DNA of 63,613 bases, filler included, from Sphacelaria rigidula (GCA_964200075.2; 9 parts of 9 records of this genome joined end to end with filler, not necessarily neighbours in it); one strand, 5' to 3'; positions 12,960 through 25,429 are shown, numbered from the whole stretch's first letter. Made by a program: numbers and translations. Notes: a model not told the origin generated them from the letters alone.

Positions 12960-13400
12960 AGAGCGCGCGTTTACCTACATCGTGCAGCGATACGGTTACC
13001 TTTCCTACATATTCAGAATATCGGTCAGCGGGGCGACTAGAATGCTACGCTCCTGGACAAACTGTCCGAGGTACCCGGTGGGTTTAGAAACGAACGTAGT
13101 TTTTCGACTGTATGGACGTGACGTCTGAGCAATTGCGTTGCGTTTGGAGGGAGCTGGTTGTAGGCCGGTATTATCGATTAACAGGCTGAGGAACCTGTGA
13201 GACCTTGCAGTCAAGATATATTCGGCGCATTTGGCGAATTTTACCAAACATAAAATCGCGTAGTCGACAAACTTTGCCGGGGAAAGTTGGGTGAGCAACA
13301 CCTCGGTCAAGAAGCTTGTGCAATTCTTTTCTGATCATGCGGCGTTCCCATGGTGGGAGGCCGCGTTGTTTTGTGGCAAAGGGTGAGCACGCGAGGCAAT
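12960..13400 (-). pseudogene. Ty3/gypsy RT relic
   Basis: KQRGLPPWERRMIRKELHKLLDRGV resembles the RT N-terminus, and TGYLGQFVQERSILVAPLTDIL resembles the RT/RH connection. The core is deleted. Confidence 0.6.
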
Positions 13401-14254
13401 AACCAGCACAAAATATGAAACTCGTGCTTCGCCCCCACCAAGGGGGTTCAGCGATCACATCAGCGGAATGAGTGTCTGAAAACCATATGTAGGGCCTGTA
13501 AGAACTGTCAAAGACACGGTATGTAGTCGCGCAGTCACCTTGCATGGTACGCTGGGCATGAAGGGCAAAAATATAAAGCAGGGGAACCAAGTCTGCGTAC
13601 TACATAAGTAATGACAAGACATTGCACGGAAATATTTGTGGTTGCATGGTATCGAAAGCCAAGTTTCAAGCAACTGAACAAAGTAGTATCCAACTACGGT
13701 ATCTGGAAGGGACAAGGTAGTAGTCAACTACGGTACAGGGTGCGTCAAAAAGTCAACCTGTTGAATAGCAAACCATACAATCGATCACCAGAGTGGGATA
13801 AAAATGGAGATTATGTCAAGTGACACCACGGCAATAACGCTGCCATCAGAATCCTATAAAAAGGTACACGGGATTAGCTGTACCAAGCCAGATTGCTGAC
13901 ACTCCACGCCGGAACATGTTGGAATAATTCGTGGTTTGAAATTGTTTGGGACAGGGATGGACGCAGGAGGTATGACACTTTCGATGCCAACCGTCCCGAT
14001 ATAATGTGTAACTGATTCCAAAGCCATGGATGAATTTCGCGGAGCTTCGATCGCCAATGCNNNNNNNNNNNNNNNNNNNNNNNNNNNNNNNNNNNNNNNN
14101 NNNNTTAATTAATTAANNNNNNNNNNNNNNNNNNNNNNNNNNNNNNNNNNNNNNNNNNNNGGAAAGCTTGACAAAACATATTTTCGACTTGCGTCACCCC
14201 CGGGAGGCCGGTACCAACCTCCCGGAGGGGAACCTTGTACTATGTAGTGTTTGA

Positions 14255-14530
14255 ATGGTGAGACAGCCATGAGGCAGTGTATAGGCCGTAGCTGTCTCTG
14301 GAAGTGGCGATACCAGAAAATGAAGCAACTCAGTGTAGACTGTCATCTACATGCAAGATAATCAGTGCGCTTCGGGCCGAGCAATCATAGCAGTATGCAG
14401 CTCACCCTCCACGCGACTTGCCAAACACATCACGGCGCTTCGCGCTTGGGGATTGATTGCGAGCCTGGTCCGGCGAAAACGTGGCGTGCACCGTCCTGAC
14501 TTTGTAGCGATGCGAGGTCACTGGTCATGT
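14255..14530 (+). repeat. Dispersed repeat family; other copies at ~28321-28710 (-) and ~60440-60720 (+)
   Basis: The block GTGAGACA.CCATGAGGCA...GCTGTCTCTG.AAGTGGCGA...CAGAAAATGAAGCAACTCA...TGCAAGATAA recurs on three contigs. Confidence 0.75.
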
Positions 14531-14641
14531 GACTACGGCATGCAAGATCATAATACAACTTACCCCGTCGCATGTGCTGCGCCAACCTTAACTTCCCCTT
14601 TTTTTCTTGTGGCATCCTATGCTTATCACGCACCGTGCAAG

Positions 14642-14726
14642 GTACTCTGGGTGGTGTCAAAACTGCCGCAGCGCGGAGAAAATGGCGGACATCCGACTGC
14701 CCTATGCGTGCAAGCTCCTTTTCCAG
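14642..14726 (+). CDS. POLR3B: RNA polymerase III second-largest subunit (RPC2), penultimate exon; joins 15967-16017
   Basis: AAG acceptor and GTGGGT donor around an intact frame [28 protein letters not shown], the conserved C-terminal zinc/clamp region. Upstream exons lie off the contig. Confidence 0.88.
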
Positions 14727-15966
14727 GTGGGTGCCAACTCCGCAATCAACTACCGTACAGCGTGCAGTGCACCATTATCGTAGACTGGTGCCGGGTGGTA
14801 CGAACACAGCACTAGCTCAAGGACCAAGCTGTGTTGGAACAGAGAGGGAGGTAGGACTCCATCAATTGAAACTCTTAATGCGAAAATTTTGGTGACTTGA
14901 TCAAAAGATCATTTGTACACCGAAATCACGTCAAGAGTGTTTGCGTTGGTATGCGCGATCGTGTTAGAAAATGACTTCTTTGCCCTCAAACAGCTTGAGA
15001 TTAGAATGCTTCAACTGAAAAACGTCGACTTTTGTTTCGCTAGACGGCCTCAGAGATGGACTTACCTGCTGCCTACAACTGTTAGTAAAAAGTGCGTGGC
15101 TGCAAACGAGGCATCGGCCTTACAACGGTCCTCCTTTACGGGTAGCCACGGACGAGATTCTATGCTCGTGTGGATGCTGTGGCCATGAGTTTTGCGGGCA
15201 GGTATAGCCCATGGCAAAGTATGATACAGGATGATACTCTGTCAGGTGATACTTTTGCTTCGACCGCGGATGTGCTGGGATCTGTGCTATGGGGCAGGGG
15301 TGGACGGGGGCGTGTGGTTCGCAGTGCCCGTCGATAGGGTTGTGCCACAGCGCTGTTTTCGCTTACTACCGTTATCGGCGAACCACTTTGAGCAAGAAAT
15401 GAAGGCGCGGCACGCGTGTCGAGAGTGTGTGAGAGATGTCCTCTAGTGCGGTGCTTGCGGGTGCCGCAACAAGCTGACGCGTTTTTTGTACTTGTTTCTG
15501 TTTCTGCTTTATGCTGTAGCATATATATACGCAGGTGGAGACTTCTTTGTTGTTTACATGTGCCACCCCGTCTGAACGCTACCCACTTACCGCGCCACTT
15601 AAGTCCTAATTCATTTCGTGCTTTTTTTCTTGTTTTTTCACACATGGCGCGTCCAGCCTGAGCCAGTAAAACACAAGATACGATTGCTGCTCTGCCATCA
15701 AAATATCCCTCACGAGTAAACATCAAGTCCAGGAGTTGAACTTCAAAGCTTTGACCACTGACAGGTTTGAGATATTATGCTGCGCGGGATCAGTAGCGTA
15801 CGGAGATCAAGAGATCAAGAGATCAAGGCACGACGTGATGTAACATTGATACAAAAGCATCAACTTTAGCTGAACTGCATCGCTGCCAAGGAGTATATGT
15901 TGCGAATGCCAACACCGCGGCGCTCTGTGTTTTTCTGGGTGTGTTCGTCGCTCTTGCACTTCTCAG

Positions 15967-16017
15967 GAGCTTCAAAGTATGAACATCGTGCCCCGCCTCA
16001 AGCTCCAAGACTTCTAG
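15967..16017 (+). CDS. POLR3B: RPC2 terminal exon
   Basis: Pyrimidine tract plus CAG acceptor. ELQSMNIVPRLKLQDF* continues PYACKLLFQ in phase 0, giving the typical RPC2 end KLLFQELQSMNI.PRL. Confidence 0.88.
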   Translation, partial: ELQSMNIVPRLKLQDF

Positions 16018-17967
16018 CCCAAGAGAATGACCAGGACAGAACGAGGCCAACCCTTCTTACCCAGGGCAACGTGGTAGAGCCTAGTTTCCCCAGGATGCGA
16101 TCCTTAATCCTGCCGTTGATGTAGAGTACGTGATACGGAGTACTGCTTGACTTTGTTGTGGTCACCGGGTTGCGAACATCAGTGCAGATGCAGCGCCCAA
16201 GCAGCTGATGATTGGCTGCGGGGATCGTGATACATGTATTTGTGGGGCGTCGGAAGTGAATCTATGTGAATTAATGGAGAAAATATCAGCGAAAACCCCC
16301 GAGCAGCATGCAAACGGAACACGCGTCCAAGTTGCGTAGTGGCGTGTACTTTTTCGTAGGTGACGTTGCGGTACGTGGGTCTACCGTCCGACAAGACCAA
16401 TGTCGTTGCAGCAGCAGATGTGTCCCTCCCGTTACAGGCTTCTCCCACGTCCCAATTGCCGGGGCTAAGGAGTGTCTTTGGGGCATGAAGCATGGACGCA
16501 AGCTGAAAGTGGTACAGCGAGCAGGATCTCTGCAATCGTACAAGCGTCCCGGAGTGAGCTGCATACGTTGCTTAGCCACTCGCGCAAATTGGATCCCTGC
16601 AGCGCCGCACGGCAAACTGGCTTTGGCATTCAGCCAAGGGTTTGAAAGAGGTGTTTTCAGGTGGGGAGACGACATCCATGTAGAAAAGACGGCTGTGATG
16701 CACATGCCGCGCGTCACAGAACAGCTGCATAAGCCGGGTGCCAGCGGCGTTGCCATGCACAAAATTGCTGCCGCTTCCCGGTGATTGATTCAATTGCTGC
16801 AACTGACCCCCGTTGCGTCGGTAGAATTCGTGTTGGAATCCCGGCATATATATTGTGGATCTTCTGACAGCTTGATTCCCGCCGTTGAAACGGTTAGAAC
16901 GTGAGTGCAGCAGCAGAAGATAAATTAATGCTAGTCGACAAGTTGCAGGGGTGCTGATCTAACCTGTGATATCAAAATGTAAGGCGTGTACCAGGTAGAG
17001 ATGCACTGATCCCTCAAGACAGTTGACTCTTCCAGAGGAGAGGGGGGAGTTGAAAGTGTGACGAAAACCAGAGAAGGAGTTCAGTAGCCTGCCACGATAA
17101 CCGTATTTGTACGTTCTACATGCTTGTGGTAAAAAATAACACTGTTTCTGGTCTGTTTGCTTTTGAACAACTGAAGGGCGTGGTGTGTTTGGAAAGGGTG
17201 TACGTGCTGCAAGCGGAACTTGCAGGTGTGGTTGAGTGGTGTTCTGATGTTGGGGTGGAGGGTGGCGGAATCGCCCCCCGTCCACCCCCTACAGCCTATC
17301 GAGCAGGACAAACACGCGTAGATGCACACAAGCAAAACGCACGGAACTGCAGCGACGAGCCCGACCTTCCCACATAATCCTGCTCCCATCAGGGGCTGCT
17401 GCTGAGCCTAGTGTAATGCGTGTTGGAAGCGCGTGCTTTTTGGGCTTCATCGGAACTTGAACGCCCCGGGACCGACGTGTCGGGAGGACCGCACGGACCT
17501 CACGAATGCAGGGACCGCGCCCCGAGCAAACCTGGGCCGCGCATTCATCGAACCAGAGGTAGCGAAGCCATACGAGGTGGCCGGAGCGACACGACGACGA
17601 CGCATTGAGTCTCGAAAAGGAGGAGAGCAAGGGTTTGAAACCCATGAAAATTCAGGCACCCGTAACTCGCGTGGGAGTCACTCTCGCATGTGGATTAGGG
17701 TGGGAAAGAGTTGACACCAGTGTATGTTACGCAAGTGTCAGCGCCCTCCACGTCGTCATGACTGCATCGACCAACTGATGCCCGGCACTTGAAGGTACCA
17801 GATGCCGAGACGACCCCATCTGCTCGGTAATCGCGGGTACTGAAAACGTGATTTGCATGCCGTCCTCCACTTTGTCATTAAAGGCAGCTTCAAACTAAAC
17901 ACACAAGTCAAGACCACAAACCTTGCTATTCTCCTCCGCGGAAATAACATCACAGTGACCTGATCTT

Positions 17968-18415
17968 AAAACACGGGATCTTACAAATTGGGGATGGATC
18001 ATTTATTGGGGATAGAAACCCGGAGGATTAAAATCTTCGTATCCGCACCAAATATTCGAAATATGGTTTCATTTCTTCACCTACTGACAGCTATTGACAA
18101 CTGCTACACGCCATAGAAATTTGGATTTCAAAAACCGATATGCTGGGGTCCCAGGTGAAAAAACAGTTTTATGTAATTCCGGGTGTCCGAGCGGACGCCA
18201 AAATGGTTCCGAAATGGTTTTTTTCACCTAGGACCTCAACATTTCGGTGATCGAAATCCAAATTCCTAAGGCGTGTAGCAGTTGTCAATAGCTATCAGTA
18301 GGTGAACAAATGGAACCATATTTCGAATATTTGATGCGGATACGAAGATTTTAATCCTCCGGGTTTCTCATCCCCAATAAATGATCCATCCCCAATTTGT
18401 AAGATCCCGTGTTTT
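17968..18415. mobile_element. Near-perfect palindromic MITE
   Basis: AAAACACGGGATCTTACAAATTGGG ... CCCAATTTGTAAGATCCCGTGTTTT with ~200-bp arms. Confidence 0.85.
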
Positions 18416-18623
18416 GACCTGTGTGTTTACCTTGAAGCTGCCTTGAAAGACAAAGTGGACTGCATGCAAACCACATTCAAGTACCTTCAAGAAGTACCGA
18501 GCAGATGAGACACCTCGGCATCTGGTACCCGTCAGTACCGAGCAGGTCGGTCGCCTCGATATCTGGTACCTTCAAGTACCGAGCATCAGTTCGTCGATGC
18601 GGTCATGACGACTTGGTGACGTT

Positions 18624-18822
18624 TGTAATGCGTGAGAAGACCGCGTGCTTAGAGGACCGCGCCGTAGCTCAAAACACCTCAGGAGCGACGTTTTTCAAAA
18701 CCAATCGGGCCAGTCCCTGCAGGTACCACGCCCCTGACAATAACCCTAACCCTAACCCTAACCATAGGGGTGTTCAAATTCCGATGCGGTCCTTTAAGCA
18801 CGCGGTCCTCTCACGCATTACA
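18624..18822. mobile_element. 199-bp MITE with TGT...ACA termini, 5-bp TSD and internal (CCCTAA)n
   Basis: TIR TGTAATGCGTGAGA.GACCGCGTGCTTA / TAAGCACGCGGTCCTCTCACGCATTACA, with ACGTT at 18619-18623 and 18823-18827. Confidence 0.85.
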
Positions 18823-19377
18823 ACGTTGACACCTCCCTAAATACACCACAACGCACATGTAAGAGTGAATCCCACGCGAGTTACGGGTGCCTGAATTTGT
18901 ACAGTTTAGAAATCCCCCCTCTCCTCCCTTTAGAGGCACACTGAGTCGTCGTCGTGTCGCTCCGGTCAAAAGCACTGACGTGTCAGGCCACATCTCACGG
19001 ACTACATTGGAAGGCTACCATTACATGGCGATATTTGGCGATCACTATACGCGATCTAAGGTGGTCTACTTGATCAAAACGAAGGACGAAGCGTTTACTA
19101 CGTTCTGCCGGTTGGTCCAAGATCTGGGGTTTCTTCTGGGACGCGGCATACTCTACCTGTGGCCAGACCGTGGTGGTGCATATGTTGCGGACTATTTTGA
19201 AGATACTGCAAAACAACGGACATTCTCGACGAATTCACAGCCCCTTACCATCCTCGAAAAAATGGCATTTTCGAGTGTGGCAGCAACACTATTCCAAAGA
19301 TCACACACATGTTGTCTTCCAAATTCCTTCGAGGCTCTAGGCCGAAAAGGGTTCTACTGGACCGAAATTCAAAAAGT

Positions 19378-19443
19378 GTCCTATCCTATCCTATCCTATC
19401 CTGTCCTGTCCTGTCCTGTCCTGTCCTGTCCTATCCTATCCTA
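19378..19443. repeat. Compound pentanucleotide microsatellite (CCTAT/CCTGT)n
   Basis: About 13 units, read directly. Confidence 0.9.
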
Positions 19444-20106
19444 CCCGTCCACTCTCACAACGAAGGCCAGAACCACGCATTTTTTTCCCCGAATAGATTC
19501 GAAGCCGCGGTGCGCGAAAAAGCCATCCCATCGCTCTTCTAACATCAATCGAGACGCCCTCAACATGTTTCAGCTCCATTGGTGCTCATGGCGTTGTGTT
19601 TGGCTTCTGTCTATGAGCGCTCTCAAGAACAGCCCAACTCGACCCCTTTTGACCAGCGCTGGTCTTGATTCAACTTTTCATACTTGACTGTCACAACTTC
19701 AAACGAGGCACATTTGGAGGTTGGAGGCATCAAACGCAACAACCGGCTCTCCGAATCACTCTCAAACCCCTCAAGAAGGTTCAGCTTCATTGCTGCTTTC
19801 TTCTTTGTCTTCGCTTGTGCATGCCGACACCGTCCGTGGCTGAGATGGGAGGGGGTGTTAAAGTACGTGCGTGATCTGATTGATTCAAACTACTCCCCGT
19901 GTGTCGACTGTCGACAAACGGTGAACGTACGGGAGCTTCTGGTCGCAACGTCCGCGGGCGGCGGAGACGTATCTCGGCTTCCACGGTGACAAATGAAGAC
20001 TGTACAGGCGCGACCTTGTACTGCTGAACTGTCTGTGCTTGCAGAGCTGCGCTTCGCACGGGGTTTGACAGGCGGATAAGAAGTGTTGACGCCGTATCCC
20101 GGTGCG

Positions 20107-20540
20107 CCTTTATTCTTTATCGCGAGAGGGGTTCAGCAGTTCCTTTCCCTCGTCGACCGTAGAGTTGAATTTTGTGTACCCACGACATAGTCGCTCTCCA
20201 CTGTAGTATGGACTTGTATCTCCTCGAGAAAGAGGCGTCCCTATATCACCACTCACTACGCCAAAACGTTCAAATGTGGGCGCATCAGCCGGGGTCACAC
20301 AAGTGGAAGGTCACATAGGATTTTTTCTTTTTTTCTTTGTTTTTAGTACTCCACCTTCCTTCTGCGGCGCTTGCCTTTATTGTTTATCGCGAGAGGGGTT
20401 CAGCAGTCCCTTTCCCTCGTCGACCGTAGTGTCGAATTTTGTGTACCCACGACATAGTCGCTCTCCACTGTAGTATGGACTTGTATCTCCTCGAGAAAAG
20501 AGGCGTTCCTATATTTCCACTCACCACGTCAAAACGCTCC
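20107..20540 (-). mobile_element. Two tandem SINE-body fragments with a non-tRNA upstream segment
   Basis: CGCGAGAGGGGTTCAGCAGT.CCTTTCCCTCGTCGACCGTAG...GTGTACCCACGAC matches the SINE body twice. Confidence 0.7.
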
Positions 20541-20954
20541 ATGTCTATATGTGGTTCAACCGGCCAGGTTACCGCCCCTTTCCGCCGCCACCCGTCCGCT
20601 GAGATGGGAGGGGGTGTTAAAGTACGTGATCTGATTGATTCAAACTACTCCCCGTGTGTTGACTGTCGGCAAACGGTGATCGTACGGGAGCTTCTGGTCG
20701 CAACGTCCGCGGGCGGCGGAGACGTATCTCGGCTTCCACGGTGACAAATGGAGACTGTACAGGCGCGACCTTGTACTGCTGAACTGTCTGTGCTTGCAGA
20801 GCTGCGCTTCGCACGGGGTTTGACAAGCGGATAAGAAGTGTTGACGCCGTATCCTGGTGCGATGGTAATTTTATGCTTCACAACAGTCTGTGTATGTTGT
20901 CGCCCCATCTAGTCTGGGGGTTTGTTTCAAGGCACATCTGTTCGAACTTCGTGT

Positions 20955-21135
20955 AGTGTGTGTGTTGTCGTCCCATCTATTCTGGACGCCGGTCTACACC
21001 TTTCGGTATATGTGGGCGCATCAGCCGAGGTCACACAGGAGGGAGGTCAACACAGGAGTGCTTCTTGTTTTGTTTGTTTTTAGTATTCCACCTTCCTTCT
21101 GCGGTGCTTGCCTTTATTTTTTATCGCGGGAGGGG
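20955..21135 (-). mobile_element. 3' half of the SINE, with (AC)n tail
   Basis: Reverse complement of ~25610-25787. Confidence 0.75.
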
Positions 21136-21240
21136 GAGTTNNNNNNNNNNNNNNNNNNNNNNNNNNNNNNNNNNNNNNNNNNNNTTAATTAATTAANNNN
21201 NNNNNNNNNNNNNNNNNNNNNNNNNNNNNNNNNNNNNNNN

Positions 21241-24200
21241 TTTGTTGCTTGCCTTAGTCGTTTGACCATTGACCACGCGTTCCTTTCGAGCCGGAGGAAC
21301 GTTCCTACTCCTAGTAGAAACACCTCCAACATTCCGGCGCTCATTACGTTTCTTCCATACATTACACCAAAACCCTCCACATATCTTATCTCCGTCTTGT
21401 TTCGCCGTCTGTGGCTACCATCTATCTCCTAGTACATCCACCATTTTCTTACTACTGTCTGATGCGTCAACCGATTTCATGCCACCTTCGTTCACGTCCC
21501 GCATATCCCGCTCTAGCGCGTCCCGTCCCTCCTTGTATAGTTCACACTCTGCAACTGTATGAATTCTGCTCTTGATTGCTTTGCCACAAGGGGCATTTCT
21601 GTTCATCTACTTCCTCCTCCACACGACTACAGGTAAATTTCTTTTTTCTTCGTGGCAAGTCCAGGTCCCCCGCCCGAACTCGCAGTTTCAATTTCTTCGC
21701 CGCGTCCATGGGGCCATGCGGATATGTTTTCGTCGCGTTGCCCTCTCTCAACCACCCGTATATCGTCAGGTGTTCTTCCTCGTCTACTTTGCGTCTGAGC
21801 ACTCGATTTCCCTTATTTCGATCATGTTTCTTACTTTTGTCTTGTACCCCGCGCCTTCACCTATAGACAGTATTTCGTCTTGGTTCCCGCCTATCTCCTT
21901 CCGTACCTCAACGACTTCTTTATCCCAACTTACTCCAGCCTGCCCTATCTTACTTTTCCTCCATACAGCCCTATCAACTATTGCTGGCATCCTCCTTCTC
22001 CGCATGTTCTTTACGATATATTGCCACCTCAATTTCCTCATGTCCCTGTGTGTGTTATAGTGAGTACATTCCCAACTCTGCTCTCAGTGCTGTATTACTC
22101 GTCGTTTTAGAGCATTCAAGTATCTTCTTAGCTGATGCCATCTGTACTGTTTCCAACTTCTTCGCCAACTTCGCGTTCCCCTCCCATGCTCCTCCTGCAA
22201 ATTCTAGCTTCGACACGATCACGTTCATCGGGATACATATCTTAATCCTAGTGTCTACGTGCGAGTCTCTGAGGACCACGTCCACCCTTCCCATCTGTGC
22301 CTTATCCTTTTCTATCACTTTGTTTATGTGTGCATCCCAAGAACAGTTCTTCGAGATCTCTACGCCACCGTACGTATACTGGTCTGCAATCGGCAGTTCC
22401 TCGTCTCCCGACCACTGGGTTTTTCTTCGTTACATACGAGTACCGTGCATTTGTTGACGTTCGCTGTCACTCTCCATTTCCTAGTGTATTTTAGCGCCTT
22501 GTCTACTTGTTTTTGCAATCCTTCTGTTGCCTCGAAATGCCAAAAAAATCATCTGCGAACATCAAATCTGATATCACATCTTCACCCACCTTGATTCCTT
22601 GATTTTCTGCTTCTATTGCTATTACTAGGTCATCGATGAATACCTTGAATAGAGTGGGTGATGAGGAACATCCTTGTGCAACTCCTTGTAAGATATCACA
22701 ATATTTCGATATTTCCCCGTCTAGCATAATACAGTAGCACTTTTGGCACATTCTGTCATCTTCTTTACCATTCTCCACATCTTTCCTCTGATCCCATTTT
22801 TCCACAACGTTTTCCATAACCCATTTCTCCATACTGTGTCGTAAGCCTTTTGCACGTCCAGAAAGAAATAGTACGTTGTCAACCCGGTGTCTTTCCTACC
22901 TTGAATGATCTCACCTTGTGTGTACACATGATTTACGCAACTACGGCTTGGTCTGAAACCTGCTTGTCCCTCGTTGATTTTTCGTCTTTTTCTAGCATCG
23001 TTTTTACTCTATCGTTCAGAATCTCACAGAACGTTTTACCTACCGTGCTCAGTAGCGTAATCCCTCTATAGTTTCCTGGGTCAGAGGAAAGATGGGGAGN
23101 NNNNNNNNNAGCCTTGTCTCCTTTTTTGAAAAGATTGATGAGTACTCCTTCTCTCCACCTCTCAGGTGTGTACTCGTTTTCCTAGATCCAGTTGTACGGC
23201 ATAACCATCATTGTAATCATTCCCTCTCCCCCGTACTTTAGAAATTCATTCACTATTCCGTCCGCCCCTGCTACCTTTTCGTTCTTGAATTGAGCCACGC
23301 ACTCCTTTACTGCATCGCTGGTAAACTCTCTCCGCAATTCTGTCGAGTCACTATCCTCCCGTTTTGACGTCTTTACATTTACCTTTGCCCACTCGTTGAT
23401 TTCTTTTTCGAATTTCGTGTCAAACTTCGTGTTCGTTTTCGGTGTTTCTAGTTCACGATAGTGCTCGACTAGCACTTCTCTCTTCCCCTTCGAACTACTC
23501 ATAATTTTACCGTACTGTGCCTGGAGAGTGGCTATCTCGTTGTCTATCTTCCTTACCTGGTCTCCCATAACCCCTTGTATCCCTACCCACAATAATTTGT
23601 TTCATCCCGCCATCGAAATCTTCATTTGTTTTTTTCAAACTCTTTCCATACTTCACTCTTTTTCTTCTGTACCACCTTGTATACTTTCCTTCGAGCTTTA
23701 GTATACTCCTCCCATCCTCGCGTACTTTTGCTCGGATCCACCTCGCGTGGGCCTCTCTCCTGACTCTGATAGCCTCTTTTACTTCCTCATCCCACCATTT
23801 CACTGCTTTGTTGCATATGATCAGCTTCCTCCCGATGACTTGACTCGCCGTGTTCTTGACCATTTGCTCTCATCCTTCTACAATCTTCGCTTCTGCCCGA
23901 TTTCTTTCCATTTCGGTACCAACTGTACCTGCGCATTCCAACCGCTCGGAAAATTTCACTGCAGTTTTGGCCATCTTTTCTTGGAAATCTTGCTGTGTTT
24001 TTCCCGTGTCTAGTTTATCGATTCTTCATTTGTACAACTTTCTACCCCGCCTATTCCTTTTAGCTCTCGTCTGTTGGCTTTCTGCCCATATTAGGCAGTG
24101 ATCTGTGTTTCCCACGTCCTCCTCGCATACCTGTACTTCCATTTCTTCACTATTTCCATGCTTTACCACTAAATTGTCAAGAACGGAGCATTCTATCTTT

Positions 24201-25400
24201 TTTGTCTGCATTCCCCTGTCCATGTCCATTGCGCCTCTGGCTTTTGTGCTATATCGTTTAGCGTCTTCATCTCGTTATGCTCGAGGAGCTTGAGTATTTC
24301 CACCCCATTCGCGTTCTTCTTGTCTTCCCCGTATTGCCCAATGAGATAAATCATCTGGTTGACCTGCTTTTCCTACCCTTGCAGTAAAATCTCCCACTAA
24401 CATTACTTCTCCTTGCCTTTAATGCTTCTGTATATGTGCTGTTATCTCTCTAAACCTACGCTGAATACCGTCCACCGTACGCTTTGATTCTGGGAGCATA
24501 CATATGTTTCGTACGAAGAAGTCCTTCGTTCCCCGCTCTCCTGGTACCCTTATTCATATGCTCTCGTCGTATTTCGTGTCATCGATCATTTCTATAATGT
24601 CACACAGGTACTCCTCGACTAAGAATCCTACCCCGCGCCCCGCTCCCCTGCGCTTGGGCTTCTGTCCCTTCCGCTTCTTTCCTATCCATTCGTACTCTTC
24701 AACTTTGAATCCTATCTCCACTCCCTCTTCCTCCCATGACTCTTGGATCCCTACTATATCTAGGTCGTGTTTACTCACTTGCTGCGCTATCTCTTCTCTT
24801 CTGCGCTTGTCTGTGGCGAAGCCACACACGTTCCACGATCCTATTCTCAACTTCCTTTCCGAATCATGACCTTCTCTCTTGTCGTCTCCTATCCTCTTCC
24901 TGCGCCTCTTATTTCTACTTTCGCTTGCTTGAGTGTGGTGCCCCTTGCCGATTTGGTCTTTTTCTAGTTGCTTCGGGCCGCTGTGTCTCCTCCCCTTTCC
25001 ATCCGGACATTTACCTGTTCCTACCTCTCTTTCCCTCCGTTTGCCCGTGCACTCCGTGTTGGGTTTGTTATTCCGTTAGCAATGCATTTCCTCAATCTTA
25101 TCCTTCTAACCCATGCCGATACCTTACTTGTTTCTATCCTTTCCCACTCCTTGCTCGCGCTCTGTTTTAGTGTGACTCGGAAGTGTTTCCCCTCCCTCTA
25201 CTTTTACTGTTGCCGAACAGTATAGTCCAATTTCATTGCATTTCGTTTCAAACTCTAGTCCCCTCATGTCGCGGTGGACTCCGAATACCAGCACTACTAG
25301 TACCTTACCCGACCACTATTTACTCCTTCATCGGTTCTTCCTTACCGTCTCTCTCTCGATGTCCTCCGAGAAAATCTCCAGCTTGTTCCTTTCAACTGTG
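21241..25400 (-). mobile_element. Near-full-length decayed LINE (APE endonuclease + RT + C-terminal CCHC; possibly RTEX-like)
   Basis: APE motifs SWNVCG, IQESW, VGDF, SVLD and TDH. RT motifs NYRGITLLS, FLDVQKAYDTVW, GVAQGC..SPTLF and FADD. ALRAELG and CGKAIKSRIHTVAEC lie near the 3' end. Many frameshifts. A probable ORF1 remnant lies at 24870-25400. Confidence 0.92.
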
Positions 25401-25429
25401 TTGGTGGGATATCTTCAACGTCCTGGAAA

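Larger units (their letters stand above)
17581..18965. mobile_element. Long-palindrome element carrying two nested MITEs
   Basis: 17581-17700 is inverted against ~18850-18965, and ~17750-17905 against ~18420-18612. Confidence 0.7.
18968..20885 (+). mobile_element. Deleted copia element: integrase relic, PPT and a duplicated LTR
   Basis: STDVSGHIS...YMAIFGDHYTRSKVVYLIKTKDEA...DRGGAY is an integrase core. GATGGGAGGGGG|TGTTAAAG occurs twice (~19844-19862 and ~20583-20602). The second LTR probably ends CACAACA at 20885. Confidence 0.75.

Noticed and set aside
18741..18763. True chromosome end
   Set aside because: Only about 3.5 units, internal to a MITE with intact flanks.
21120..21260. LINE inserted into the SINE G-tract
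   Set aside because: The junction spans an artificial linker.
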